This document shows, piece after piece, positions 41,751 through 52,118 of a stretch of 64,000 nt of DNA. Both the position numbers and the translations under genes were made by a program. The stretch is from Obrimoposthia wandeli (Eukaryota): the NCBI GenBank assembly GCA_977020255.1, contig CDROCS010002637.1:1-64000 (forward strand). Direction: 5' to 3'. The notes under the pieces are model-generated. The model had not been told where the DNA came from, ran no database searches, and worked only from the letters and a program-made list of their open reading frames with translations. Position 1 is the first letter of the stretch. Each line of letters begins with the position of its first letter.

Positions 41751-42164
41751 TTATCATGATGATTGTTACAAGAGAATGTGTGCCGCTTTTCTAGCTATTG
41801 TCGTTTCTATAAAATATAAGCCCCTATTTCTGCTCGCCAATGAAGGGTGTATCTGCTTGTAAGCCGTTACGGTGCAGGTCTTGTTTTTTAATTTTCAAAT
41901 AAAATGCTTCTTATTTCCCCGCATACCACGCTGTTTTTGTCTGTATTACCTTATTTTTACGCTGTAAATTACCTTCATCTCGTTATTTCCTTTTCAATAA
42001 TCGTCTAAGACGTGATATGTCACTTAACCTAAAGTGTATTATGTTTTATCATGGGACGGCTTTTCGACGGCTTGGTTGTAAGTGATCTTATAGCATTGCT
42101 ACAAACAGAGAGCGGCGAGTTTTTTCGTGCGCTAGTTATGAATAAATAAAGGTTGAATCTATCG

Positions 42165-43097
42165 ATGTCAGTATCAAGTGTATTTGTATTTCCAGGGCAG
42201 GGCTCGCAGCATTTAGAAATGCTGGCAGAGCTTGCCAGTGTTAATCCTATTGTAGAAGAAACCTTTGCTGAGGCATCTCTTGTATTGGGTTATGATCTCT
42301 GGGCGCTGGTGCAAGAGGGGCCGATAGAGGACTTAAACCAAACGGATAGGACGCAACCTGCATTATTGACAGCAGGAGTGGCTCTGTGGCGGCTGTGGCA
42401 GCAAAAAGGTGGAGCGCAGCCCCAGGTGATGGCCGGACACAGTTTAGGCGAATATACGGCGCTGGTTTGCGCTGGTGCGTTATCGTTCGCCGATGCTGTT
42501 GATTTAGTGAAACTGCGTGGCGAGTATATGCAGCAAGCTGTGCCAGCGGGTAGTGGGGCAATGGCTGCGATCTTAGGGCTTGCAGATGATCAGGTTGTCG
42601 CTGCATGCGCTACAGCAGAGCAGGGAGAAGTGGTTGCTGCGGTGAATTTCAATTGTCCCGGGCAAGTGGTTATAGCGGGTCAGAAGGACGCTGTCGCGCG
42701 CGCCATAGTGCAATGCAAAGAAGCGGGTGCTAAGCGTGCCATTGAACTGCCGGTAAGTGTCCCCTCGCATTGCGACTTGATGCGCCCTGCCGCTGAAAAA
42801 CTGGCAGAAAAGTTGGCTGAAATTGAATTCAGTATGCCTAGTGTTACGGTGATACAGAATGTTACAGCACAACAAGCATCTTCAGTTGAACAGATAAAAG
42901 AGAATTTAATTTCACAGCTATATAGCCCCGTTCTGTGGACTAAGACAATGCAGCTAATCAGTGAGACTGGTGTTCAGGTGGCGTTAGAGTGCGGTCCAGG
43001 CAAAGTGCTATGTGGTTTAAATAAAAAAATAAACCGTGAATTACAGCTTATTTCATTGGCTGATCAAGCGGGTTTCGATAAAGCGTTAGTAGAATAA
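42165..43097 (+). CDS. fabD: Malonyl CoA-ACP transacylase
   Basis: FVFPGQGSQ, AGHSLGEY, VNFNCPGQVVIAG, LPVSVPSHC. Confidence 0.96.
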   Translation: MSVSSVFVFPGQGSQHLEMLAELASVNPIVEETFAEASLVLGYDLWALVQEGPIEDLNQTDRTQPALLTAGVALWRLWQQKGGAQPQVMAGHSLGEYTALVCAGALSFADAVDLVKLRGEYMQQAVPAGSGAMAAILGLADDQVVAACATAEQGEVVAAVNFNCPGQVVIAGQKDAVARAIVQCKEAGAKRAIELPVSVPSHCDLMRPAAEKLAEKLAEIEFSMPSVTVIQNVTAQQASSVEQIKENLISQLYSPVLWTKTMQLISETGVQVALECGPGKVLCGLNKKINRELQLISLADQAGFDKALVE

Positions 43098-43151
43098 AAA
43101 TATATCAGCGGTGATTAGATCGTACCGCCTTACAATTGGGAACAAACTATT

Positions 43152-43895
43152 ATGAGTATTGAAGGTAAAGTTGCCTTAGTGACCGGTGCGTCACGTGGTA
43201 TAGGACGCGCCATTGCGGAGATTTTAGGTCAACAGGGCGCGATTGTGATAGGTACGGCAACCAGCGACAACGGTGCTGCAGCGATTGCGCAATATCTTGA
43301 TGCGGCGGGCATTAAAGGCACTGGGATGTCTTTGGATGTTGCTAGTGACGAATCTGTTGCGCAAGTGATGAAGCAGATTACGGATGAGTATGGTGTTATC
43401 TCTATCGTGGTAAATAATGCGGGTATTACCCGTGATAATATCATGTTACGCATGAAAGCTGATGAGTGGGATAGTGTGATTAACACTAACTTGAGTTCAT
43501 TGTATCGAGTATCTAAAGGATGTTTACGTGGCATGACCAAGCAGCGCTGGGGTCGTATTATCAGTGTCAGTTCTGTGGTGGCTTCTATGGGTAATGCAGG
43601 TCAGGCAAACTACGCTGCTGCAAAATCGGGAATGGAAGGCTTTACCCGCGCCTTGGCTCGTGAGATCGGTTCGCGTAATGTGACAGTCAACTGCGTCGCG
43701 CCCGGTTTTATTGATACCGATATGACAAAAGATTTACCGCAGGCGCACAAAGACAAATTACAGGCGCAAATTCCGATGAACCGCCTTGGTGCACCAGAGG
43801 AAATTGCCAGTGTAGTGGCGTTTTTAGCGAGTGAAGGAGCCGGTTATGTCACTGGTGAAACCATCCAAGTTAACGGTGGAATGTACATGGCGTAG
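43152..43895 (+). CDS. fabG: 3-oxoacyl-ACP reductase
   Basis: TGASRGIG, NNAGITRDN, YAAAKSG, VAPGFIDTDMT, VNGGMYM. Confidence 0.97.
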   Translation: MSIEGKVALVTGASRGIGRAIAEILGQQGAIVIGTATSDNGAAAIAQYLDAAGIKGTGMSLDVASDESVAQVMKQITDEYGVISIVVNNAGITRDNIMLRMKADEWDSVINTNLSSLYRVSKGCLRGMTKQRWGRIISVSSVVASMGNAGQANYAAAKSGMEGFTRALAREIGSRNVTVNCVAPGFIDTDMTKDLPQAHKDKLQAQIPMNRLGAPEEIASVVAFLASEGAGYVTGETIQVNGGMYMA

Positions 43896-44071
43896 CCATT
43901 GTTATGCCCTGAGGAATAAAAAAACGTGTTTTCTGATTGATATTTTCAGAGATTTGTTGATAATTGCCTCAGCCAAACAGAATTTTAAAGGTTACTAGCT
44001 CTTTTGAGCTAGACGCTAAATAATCAAAAGCCGTAGGAAATATGGTGATTTGATAAATAATAGGAATAGTT

Positions 44072-44305
44072 ATGAGTAATATTGAAGATCGCGTTAAGAA
44101 AATTGTTGCAGAGCAGTTAGGCGTTAAGATTGAAGAAGTGACTGATGCAGCATCTTTTGTTGACGATCTAGGCGCGGACTCTCTAGATACTGTTGAGCTA
44201 GTAATGGCTTTGGAAGAAGAGTTTGAAACAGAGATTCCAGACGAAGAAGCTGAAAAGATTACAACTGTACAGTTGGCTATCGACTACGTGAATTCAAACC
44301 AGTAA
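44072..44305 (+). CDS. acpP: Acyl carrier protein
   Basis: [20 protein letters not shown]. Confidence 0.98.
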   Translation: MSNIEDRVKKIVAEQLGVKIEEVTDAASFVDDLGADSLDTVELVMALEEEFETEIPDEEAEKITTVQLAIDYVNSNQ

Positions 44306-44339
44306 TCGAAACGAACATTGTTTTGATTCGATAGGTAAT

Positions 44340-44376
44340 AAAGCCGTTTCTATTTTGTAGAGCGGCTTTTCTTTTT
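44340..44376 (+). terminator. Intrinsic terminator after acpP
   Basis: AAGCCGTTTCTA..TAGAGCGGCTT followed by TTCTTTTTT. Confidence 0.7.
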
Positions 44377-44437
44377 TATAAGCTAGTAAAATCTGATCGG
44401 CCCGTGCGGGCACAGAGAGTACAATGGGAGAAGTACG

Positions 44438-45670
44438 ATGTCTCGAAGAAGAGTGGTAGTTACCGGGCTAGGTGCATTGACGCCGGTGGGCAACACTGTC
44501 GATGAGTCTTGGAAGGCTGTTCTAGCGGGGAAAAGTGGTGCCGCTCCCATTGAGCATTTTGATGTATCAAATTACAGCACAAGATTCTCAGCATCGGTAA
44601 AAGGGTTTGATGTCAGTAAGTACATGAATCCTAAAGATGCCCGTAAAATGGATTTGTTTATTCAATACGGTCTCTCGGCTGCAATGCAGGCGATTGAGGA
44701 TAGTGGGATTCAAGTATCTGAAGAAAATGCACCGCGTATCGGCTGTGCTATCGGTTCAGGTATTGGTGGTTTGGCAATGATAGAGTCGACTTACGACACG
44801 ATCAGTAATTCTGGGCCGCGCCGTGTATCACCGTTTTTTGTCCCTGGCAGTATTATCAATATGATCGCTGGGCATTTAGCGATCAAATACGGCTTTAAAG
44901 GTCCAAACATCGCCATTACTACTGCCTGTACTACAGGTACCCATAATATCGGTCAAGCGATGCGTATGATTCAGTACGGTGATGCAGATACGATGATTGC
45001 CGGCGGTGCTGAAATGGCAACAACTCAGCTGGGGTTGGGAGGTTTTGCGGCCGCTCGTGCGCTATCTAAGCGAAATGATGATCCTCAGGCGGCAAGTCGG
45101 CCTTGGGATAAAGATCGCGACGGTTTTGTGCTGGGCGATGGTGCTGGTATTTTAGTGTTAGAAGAGTATCAGCAGGGACAGGCGCGTGTGGCAATTATCT
45201 ACTGTGAATTAGCAGGCTTTGGTATGAGTGATGACGCACATCATATTACCGCGCCACCGGCTAGTGGTGATGGTGCTGCTATGTCAATGGCAAACGCGGT
45301 CAAAGATGCCGGTGGATGCGAAGTGCAATATGTTAATGCGCACGGTACATCAACACCTGCCGGTGATATGGCAGAGACAAATGCTTTGAAGCAGCTTTTT
45401 GGTACCAGTGCCGCAAAAATGCGTATGAGTTCTACCAAGTCTATGACTGGGCATTTGCTCGGCGCAGCGGGTGCGGTAGAAGCCATTTTCTGTGCGTTGG
45501 CTATTCGGGATCAAATAGCACCACCCACGATCAATTTAGACAATCCCTCTGAAGGGTGTGATCTTAACTATGTTGCGCATCACGCGCAGCCTTGCGAGAT
45601 CAATGCCGCGCTATCCAATTCGTTTGGTTTCGGCGGTACAAACGGCAGCTTGTTGTTTCGTAAAATATAA
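44438..45670 (+). CDS. fabF: Beta-ketoacyl-ACP synthase II
   Basis: TACTTG, NAHGTST and GHLLGAAG catalytic triad; [10 protein letters not shown]. Confidence 0.96.
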   Translation: MSRRRVVVTGLGALTPVGNTVDESWKAVLAGKSGAAPIEHFDVSNYSTRFSASVKGFDVSKYMNPKDARKMDLFIQYGLSAAMQAIEDSGIQVSEENAPRIGCAIGSGIGGLAMIESTYDTISNSGPRRVSPFFVPGSIINMIAGHLAIKYGFKGPNIAITTACTTGTHNIGQAMRMIQYGDADTMIAGGAEMATTQLGLGGFAAARALSKRNDDPQAASRPWDKDRDGFVLGDGAGILVLEEYQQGQARVAIIYCELAGFGMSDDAHHITAPPASGDGAAMSMANAVKDAGGCEVQYVNAHGTSTPAGDMAETNALKQLFGTSAAKMRMSSTKSMTGHLLGAAGAVEAIFCALAIRDQIAPPTINLDNPSEGCDLNYVAHHAQPCEINAALSNSFGFGGTNGSLLFRKI

Positions 45671-45672
45671 CA

Positions 45673-46548
45673 GTGTCTAACGATGTGGTAGCGACTAGCG
45701 CTACCTTAATCAACGGGCGGCTCACACATATGATCGACAGTGCTGAAAGGGCTCTGTCATACGGTGACGGGCTGTTTGAGACTATTCGTTTGCACAATGG
45801 TATCCCCCTGTTTTGGGATGCGCACATAGCACGTTTAATTGCCGGTTGTGAACGCCTCAAAATCAATTGTCCTCATAATCTTAAACAATTGCTTCTCGAT
45901 GATGTCAGTGTATTAATTGAGCGCGCTTCCCTGAAAAACGCAGCACTCAAACTGATCTTGAGTCGAGGCGCGGGGCCGCGCGGTTATAAATACAGTGAGC
46001 AATTACAAGCCACTCGTATTGTCAGTATCAATCCTTGCGCCAGTTTTGAGCTTCAACAAAAGCAGGGTGTTGCGCTGTATTGTTGCGCGACAGCTTTAGC
46101 TCGTCAGCCTTTACTAAGTGGCTTGAAGCATTTAAATCGTTTAGAGCAGGTGCTAGCGCGCAGTGAGTGGCAGCAACCAGACATCTTTGAAGGTGTGGTG
46201 TGTGATACCAGTGGCTTTGTCATAGAAGGCACGATGAGCAATCTCTTTTGGTATAAAGAGGGTTGTTGGTTTACGCCAAGTCTGGCTTGGGCAGGTGTTG
46301 AGGGGATCATTCGCCAGGTGATTCTACAATTGATGCCTACTCTGCAAATGGAATATGAACAGGGGGAGTATTTGTTGGCGCATTTGCTGGAGGCGGAACA
46401 GGTATTTGTCTGTAATAGTCTAATTGATATCGTGCCGGTACGAACCATATTTAACGGCGACGCTCAGTATGATTTTGCAACTGAGGGAGCCACTTTATTG
46501 CTACAACAAACGTTGCAGCAACATTACATCGAGGATAGTTTACGTTGA
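45673..46548 (+). CDS. pabC: Aminodeoxychorismate lyase
   Basis: RALSYGDGLFETI, GLKHLNRLEQVLAR, EGTMSNLF. Confidence 0.93.
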   Translation: MSNDVVATSATLINGRLTHMIDSAERALSYGDGLFETIRLHNGIPLFWDAHIARLIAGCERLKINCPHNLKQLLLDDVSVLIERASLKNAALKLILSRGAGPRGYKYSEQLQATRIVSINPCASFELQQKQGVALYCCATALARQPLLSGLKHLNRLEQVLARSEWQQPDIFEGVVCDTSGFVIEGTMSNLFWYKEGCWFTPSLAWAGVEGIIRQVILQLMPTLQMEYEQGEYLLAHLLEAEQVFVCNSLIDIVPVRTIFNGDAQYDFATEGATLLLQQTLQQHYIEDSLR

Positions 46549-47582
46549 AGAAGTTTCTCAGCTTTGTATTTGTTTTATTATTAGTAGGGGCTGCTACAGC
46601 GTACTATTTTTGGCAAGAAATACATAAGTCAGTACAGCAAGTTGTATTCTCTCAAGGTGAAAATAAAGTTTTAATTGTGAAGCGCGGAGTCGGTTTTAAT
46701 CAACTGACAGCCTTGCTCAAAGCAGAGGGCTTGATCAACAATACTCTCTATTTCAAGCTTTACACGCGTTACTACAAGCTGGGTCGCAATATAAAGGCAG
46801 GTGAGTATTCAATTCCAGTCGACCGCTCTCCTGTGCAAATACTGCAGCAGTTGTCTTCAGGTGATGTGGTTCGTCACAATGTGACCCTTATAGAAGGCTC
46901 TACCTTTGCCGAGTTGCGCCAGCAAATCGCAAAGAAAGAGGGGGTGCTAAAGCTCGAAACGACGCAGATGAGTGAATCGCAGATCCTAACGGCTATCGGT
47001 GCCACTGAAAAAAAGCTAGAGGGTCTGCTATTAGCGGAAACTTACCGTATTGAGCGTAATAGCACGGATTTAGCTCTAATGAAGCGGGCATATAAAAGTA
47101 TGCAAGACTTGCTGGATAAACAGTGGCAGCAGCGTGATAAGGCGCTGCCTTATACCAGTGCTTATCAGGGTTTGATCATGGCTTCTATCGTTGAAAAAGA
47201 AACGGGGGCTCCTAGCGAACGTCCGGTTATAGCGGGTGTTTTTGTTAATCGTTTACGAAAGGGAATGAGACTGCAAACAGACCCGACTGTTATTTACGGT
47301 ATGGGCGAGCGTTACAAGGGGAATATTACCCGTGCAGATCTTCGCCGTCCCAGTGCATATAATACCTATGTTATTCCAGCGCTGCCGCCATCGCCAATAG
47401 CGACGGTTGGGCCTCAGGCAATAGAGGCTGCTTTTAACCCAGTAAAGACCGCCTATTTCTATTTTGTTGCTAAAGGCAATGGAAGTCACTATTTTTCCAA
47501 GAGTTTACGTGAGCACAATAATGCGGTGCGCCGATATCAATTAAAGCGTAAAAAGAACTATCGCTCTGCGCCATCATCTTGA
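46545..47582 (+). CDS. mltG: Endolytic transglycosylase MltG
   Basis: IKAGEY, MASIVEKET, MRLQTDPTVIYG, YNTYVIPALPPSPI, YFVAKGNGSHYFS. Confidence 0.95.
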   Translation: MKKFLSFVFVLLLVGAATAYYFWQEIHKSVQQVVFSQGENKVLIVKRGVGFNQLTALLKAEGLINNTLYFKLYTRYYKLGRNIKAGEYSIPVDRSPVQILQQLSSGDVVRHNVTLIEGSTFAELRQQIAKKEGVLKLETTQMSESQILTAIGATEKKLEGLLLAETYRIERNSTDLALMKRAYKSMQDLLDKQWQQRDKALPYTSAYQGLIMASIVEKETGAPSERPVIAGVFVNRLRKGMRLQTDPTVIYGMGERYKGNITRADLRRPSAYNTYVIPALPPSPIATVGPQAIEAAFNPVKTAYFYFVAKGNGSHYFSKSLREHNNAVRRYQLKRKKNYRSAPSS

Positions 47583-47619
47583 GTGATCAGGTTAAAGAAT
47601 TAGGCTACTGGAGAGAACA

Positions 47620-48261
47620 ATGAGTGCGCAAGAAAATCCCCGTGGACGTTTCATCAGTGTTGAAGGCACTGAGGGTGTTGGCAAAAGTACTAATATAGCG
47701 CACATAGAACAGCGTATAAAAGATGCTGGCCATGATCTTGTGCTCACTAGAGAGCCTGGTGGTACGTTATTGGCTGAGCAAATAAGAGAAATTCTATTGA
47801 CCCCTCGACAAGATGCTATCTCTGTCGACGCCGAGTTGCTTTTAGTCTTTGCGGCCAGAGCGCAGCATATTGCCATGGTTATTGAGCCTGCACTTGCAAG
47901 CGGGCAGTGGGTGCTAAGTGATCGATTTACTGATGCCACCTATGCTTACCAAGGAGCGGGTAGGGGAATAGCGACGGAGCGTATCGCACAACTTGAAAGC
48001 TTTGTTCAGGGGGTGTTGCGTCCAGATCTTACTTTTCTGCTCGATGCGCCAGTAGAGATTGGATTGGCCCGTGCATTGGCGCGCAGTGAACCCGATCGAA
48101 TAGAGCGTGAAAAAGTAGAGTTTTTTAGCCGCGTTCGCAACGGTTATCTTGAGCGTGCTCAGATACAGTCTGAGCGATTTGCTGTTGTTGATGCTGCACA
48201 GAGCTTGCTGAATGTGCAAAACCAGATAGACAGCGCTTTACTCGCCAAATTAGGGTTATAG
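47620..48261 (+). CDS. tmk: Thymidylate kinase
   Basis: [30 protein letters not shown]. Confidence 0.96.
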   Translation: MSAQENPRGRFISVEGTEGVGKSTNIAHIEQRIKDAGHDLVLTREPGGTLLAEQIREILLTPRQDAISVDAELLLVFAARAQHIAMVIEPALASGQWVLSDRFTDATYAYQGAGRGIATERIAQLESFVQGVLRPDLTFLLDAPVEIGLARALARSEPDRIEREKVEFFSRVRNGYLERAQIQSERFAVVDAAQSLLNVQNQIDSALLAKLGL

Positions 48262-48263
48262 CC

Positions 48264-49286
48264 ATGGATGTTTCGGATCGCTATCATGCAGTTTCGTCGC
48301 AGCTTTATCCTTGGTTTGAAGCTTCGTGGCAGCGCATCTTTAAATTACATCAAGTGCAGAGGTTACCTCACGCGTTAATGATAAATGGCGCTGCAGGTAT
48401 AGGTAAAATGCATTTTGCCGGATACTTGGCCGCCGCTGTATTGTGCCAAAACAGCGATGAAGAGGGCGCATGCGGTAAATGTCGTAGCTGTGCATTGCTC
48501 ACTTCAAGCGGACACCCAGATTTGTTTCATTTACACCCAGAAGATAGTGCTGCTCAAATAAAAGTTGATCAGGTGCGTCAACTCGCTCAGTTTATGCAAA
48601 GTACGGCGCAGCAAGGCGGTTTTAGAGTGGTCATTGTAGAGCCTGCAGAGTCGATGAATATAGCGGCATCTAATGCCCTTTTGAAAACCTTGGAAGAGCC
48701 TGGCAAAAATAGCTTGATACTATTACTCAGTCATCAGCTTGGACAGGTTATGCCGACGATTAAGAGTCGTTGCCAGAGAGTGGATTGCCCTATTCCTGAT
48801 AGCCATACCGCTGTTGATTGGTTGAGTACTCAATTGGCCTTAGATGCGGTTGCAGCAAAGCAGTTGCTTAATATTGTGCATGGAGCACCTTTGCAAGCTT
48901 TGGCATTTAAGAGTGCGGGGAGCCAGGTGCAGCGTTCGGATTTGTTTGTCGCTCTTAAGAGCGTATTGCAAGGTAAGACTAGCGCGCTTGAATTGGCAGT
49001 AACTTTGGCAAAGCAGGAGCTGACTCCTATCTTGGCTTGGGTATATAGCCTGTTAGTGGATATAGTCAAAATTAAGTTAGCAGGAGAGCAAGCGGCTATT
49101 GTGAACGCCGATATGTCTAATATGATAACGGCGCTTGCCAAACGTTGTCAGTTGAATAAGCTTTACCATTTAAGTGATAAGATACAACAGCAGCGCACAT
49201 CGTTACTGCAACACCAAAACCCCAATAAACAATTATTACTCGAAGAATTACTGCTAGCTTGGCAAAGCTTAATCAGAAATGATTAA
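48264..49286 (+). CDS. holB: DNA polymerase III delta' subunit
   Basis: ACGKCRSC, HPD, NALLKTLEEP, TIKSRCQ. Confidence 0.94.
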   Translation: MDVSDRYHAVSSQLYPWFEASWQRIFKLHQVQRLPHALMINGAAGIGKMHFAGYLAAAVLCQNSDEEGACGKCRSCALLTSSGHPDLFHLHPEDSAAQIKVDQVRQLAQFMQSTAQQGGFRVVIVEPAESMNIAASNALLKTLEEPGKNSLILLLSHQLGQVMPTIKSRCQRVDCPIPDSHTAVDWLSTQLALDAVAAKQLLNIVHGAPLQALAFKSAGSQVQRSDLFVALKSVLQGKTSALELAVTLAKQELTPILAWVYSLLVDIVKIKLAGEQAAIVNADMSNMITALAKRCQLNKLYHLSDKIQQQRTSLLQHQNPNKQLLLEELLLAWQSLIRND

Positions 49287-49400
49287 ATGTCACAGTTTTG
49301 TGATTCTGTGTATAATACATGCAAAATTAATATGTTATAGAAATTAGCGAGTCAATCGAAAGGTGACTCGGCGATGAATATAGAGGGCATAGGGAGTATC

Positions 49401-49748
49401 ATGGCGGGAAGACAGCGAATGAGTCATGGGATATTGACTATTATTTTGCGCCAAAAAGAGGAGCTGTATGCCGCTTATATGCCTTTCGTGCAAGGTGGCG
49501 GTTTATTTGTTGCTACGAATCGAAATTTTCGTCTGGGTGAAGAGATTTTTGTGCTCTTACAAATGATGGATGAAGAGGATAAAACACCGATCACTGGTAA
49601 GGTGATTTGGATGACGCCAAAGTCACCACAAAATGGTACTAAGCAGGGCGTAGGTATTCAAATATCAACTGAAGATGCTGATTTAGTTAGGAAGATTGAA
49701 ACTTACCTCGCCGGTGTTGATGTAGGTTTAGCCACGCAAACTTTGTAA
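49401..49748 (+). CDS. pilZ: Type IV pilus assembly PilZ protein (ORF track starts 49374)
   Basis: LYAAYMPFVQGGGLFV..LGEEIFVLL..GKVIWMTP..QGVGIQ; holB-pilZ-tatD synteny. Confidence 0.9.
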   Translation: MAGRQRMSHGILTIILRQKEELYAAYMPFVQGGGLFVATNRNFRLGEEIFVLLQMMDEEDKTPITGKVIWMTPKSPQNGTKQGVGIQISTEDADLVRKIETYLAGVDVGLATQTL

Positions 49749-49815
49749 TTATAGATAATATTACCGTTGTTTCTTTTAAGCGGTTCCGTAAACTTTATGT
49801 TGGTTTCCCCCCATT

Positions 49816-50598
49816 ATGTTCATTGATTCCCACTGTCACTTAGACAAGTTAGATTTATCGCTTTATGAGCAATCGTTTGATCACCTTTTGCAGCAAAGTC
49901 GCGAAAACAGTGTAGAACGCATGTTGTGCGTTAGCATTGATAACGCTGGGTTTGATGCAATGTACGGCTTAATCGATGGCTATGATCAAATTGATGCCAG
50001 TTTTGGCATCCACCCGTTACATGTTAAATCTGATGAAGATATGTTGAGTGTTGAGCAGATATGCTCACGTGTTAAGGCGCATCCCAAAGTAATAGCAGTG
50101 GGTGAGACGGGGTTGGATTACTATTATGATAAAGAGAGTATTCAGCGACAGAAGCTAAGTTTCATCAATCATTTACAAGCGGCTCAACAGCTGTCATTGC
50201 CGGTCATAGTTCATACTCGGGAGGCACGTCAAGATACGATTGATCTTATAGCAGGTCACGCACAGGGAAATGGCGGCGTTTTACACTGTTTTACAGAGTC
50301 GTTGGAGATGGCTCACCAAGCGTTGGAATTGAATTACCTAATTTCTTTTTCAGGTATTGTAACTTTCAAAAATGCATCAAGCTTACGCGAGGTGGTAAAG
50401 GCGATGCCGTTGGAAAGTATTTTAATTGAAACAGATTCTCCTTATCTGGCGCCTGTGCCGTATCGTGGTAAAGAGAATCATCCAAAGTATGTTGCCGAAG
50501 TTGCCCAATGTGTTGCTGATTTAAAAGGAATCTCGCTTCAGGTTCTTGCTGATGCCACTCGAGAGAATTATTTACGCTGCTTTAAGGCGCGCGCTTAA
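49816..50598 (+). CDS. TatD family hydrolase (YcfH-like)
   Basis: IDSHCHL, GETGLDY, VHTREA, LHCFTE, ETDSPYLAPVPYRGKEN. Confidence 0.94.
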   Translation: MFIDSHCHLDKLDLSLYEQSFDHLLQQSRENSVERMLCVSIDNAGFDAMYGLIDGYDQIDASFGIHPLHVKSDEDMLSVEQICSRVKAHPKVIAVGETGLDYYYDKESIQRQKLSFINHLQAAQQLSLPVIVHTREARQDTIDLIAGHAQGNGGVLHCFTESLEMAHQALELNYLISFSGIVTFKNASSLREVVKAMPLESILIETDSPYLAPVPYRGKENHPKYVAEVAQCVADLKGISLQVLADATRENYLRCFKARA

Positions 50599-51007
50599 TG
50601 ACGCTTAGTGAAATTCGCGAGACACAATTGAGCCGAGCTTGATCGTCGTGAATTTTTATTTCCCACACTTGAGTACTGCGACCAATATGTAGTGCTTTAG
50701 TTGTGCCAGTGACAATTCCTTGTGTGACGGGGCGTAAATGATTGGCATTAATCTCAAGTCCTACGCAAGTAAAACCCTCTTCACAAGCCAAATCTCCTGC
50801 AATGCTGCCTAGTGTTTCTGCAAGTACAACAGAAGCTCCTCCATGTAAAATTCCCATTGGTTGATGAGTACGGTGATCTACAGGCATGCTGGCGACTAGG
50901 TAATCATCACCTATTTGGGTAAATCGAATATCCAAATGCTGCATGATAGTGTTTTTTGAATATTGGTTGATTTGCTCTAAAGTGGCAATTTTTTTCCAAA
51001 TAGACAT
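50582..51007 (-). CDS. Hotdog-fold acyl-CoA thioesterase (MenI/YdiI-like)
   Basis: MPVDHRTHQPMGILHGGASVVLAETLGS, GLEINANHLR. Confidence 0.92.
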   Translation of the reverse strand: MSIWKKIATLEQINQYSKNTIMQHLDIRFTQIGDDYLVASMPVDHRTHQPMGILHGGASVVLAETLGSIAGDLACEEGFTCVGLEINANHLRPVTQGIVTGTTKALHIGRSTQVWEIKIHDDQARLNCVSRISLSVIKRAP

Positions 51008-51280
51008 CTATTTATATCCTCTATTCTACAGTTGTTGATGCTCATAGGTTGTGTGCAAGCCTATGATAATTAACGTTGCTTATCAAAAGACTATTTATAT
51101 TATTTCAATGAATTAAGGTAAGTGTTTCGTCATGTATGACTTAGTGGGTGGCCTTAGAATGATGACTGTGTTTATAAATAGGGATGTCATTAAAAAGCAT
51201 ACTATGTAAACAGTCAGACTAGCGCAGCTGGCTCTGCTTTATATTGTTTGAAATGCTAAATAAAGATAGTTGAGTGCTAA

Positions 51281-51538
51281 GGAACATGCGAACAAGTCCA
51301 AAACGCCTCTTGTGCATAGGGCTTTTCGTGATTGCGGCAATGCTTATAGGCGGGCTGGTTGCCCGGCGAAAAGCATTAACAAAGAGCACCAATAATCCTG
51401 TACACCCCGAAGGGTTGATATCTAAGGGGCATCTCCTTTGTCAGAAAACTTGTAAAGGACCGAACCATTCACTTTCTTTCGCAGATCTGCCTCCTTAGCT
51501 ATCTACAGAGAACATTTGGGGACTTGTTCGCGTGTTCC
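51281..51538. mobile_element. 258-bp non-autonomous IS5-type element (MITE) with 19-bp TIRs and CTAA target-site duplication
   Basis: TIR GGAACATGCGAACAAGTCC (51281-51299) and GGACTTGTTCGCGTGTTCC (51520-51538) are 18/19 complementary; CTAA flanks both sides (51277-51280, 51539-51542); 14/16 match to the E. coli IS5 end GGAAGGTGCGAACAAG; no transposase inside. Confidence 0.85.
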
Positions 51539-52118
51539 CTAAGTATGTGGGGCGTTGTATTCGCGAATATAGACCTTAGTTTGGCAGTGCATCCTAATGG
51601 TTCCTCATCTATATATCTGCCAAATAGGTAGGGTAAAGTGCTTGGGCCAGCAGGAGATAAGCTGTGATTATTTGACGGTCTTTGAGCTTAGCGCCAGTCA
51701 AATTAGAGGGTGTTCTTTTGATGATGAAAATACGATAGATAGGCACACGCTTGGCGAAATAAAGAATAAAAAGGTTCGCTTTAGTGCTTAAAAATATCTT
51801 TATGTTGCAATAGCGTCATCAATAAATCTAAATCACTCGGGTAAAGTTGTTGTATAAGCTGATAAGTGGTTAATTTGCGCGCTATTTTCTGTTTTGATCT
51901 TTCATCAGTGGTAAAGAGGTACTTTTTTTAAGGTTTTTATTAGCTTTGCCGCAACACTTCTATGATAGATCGACTATGCTCATGTATAATCGACAAGTTT
52001 TTTGGTGGGATATTTTGTGGTCGTACAAATAATAAGCACAATGCTGTCGGCTCTAAACTAGAGTTGTAACGGGCGATTACGATATCTTAAAATTTATAAT
52101 CTATTTTGGGTGAGGTGT

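Noticed and set aside
51274-51498. 74-aa ORF in the nqr upstream region
   Set aside because: Lies almost entirely inside the MITE and shows no transposase motifs; treated as a chance frame.
51281-51538. Long terminal stem suggested a retron msr-msd or a structured ncRNA
   Set aside because: No reverse transcriptase nearby; the IS5-like TIR and CTAA duplication explain it better.
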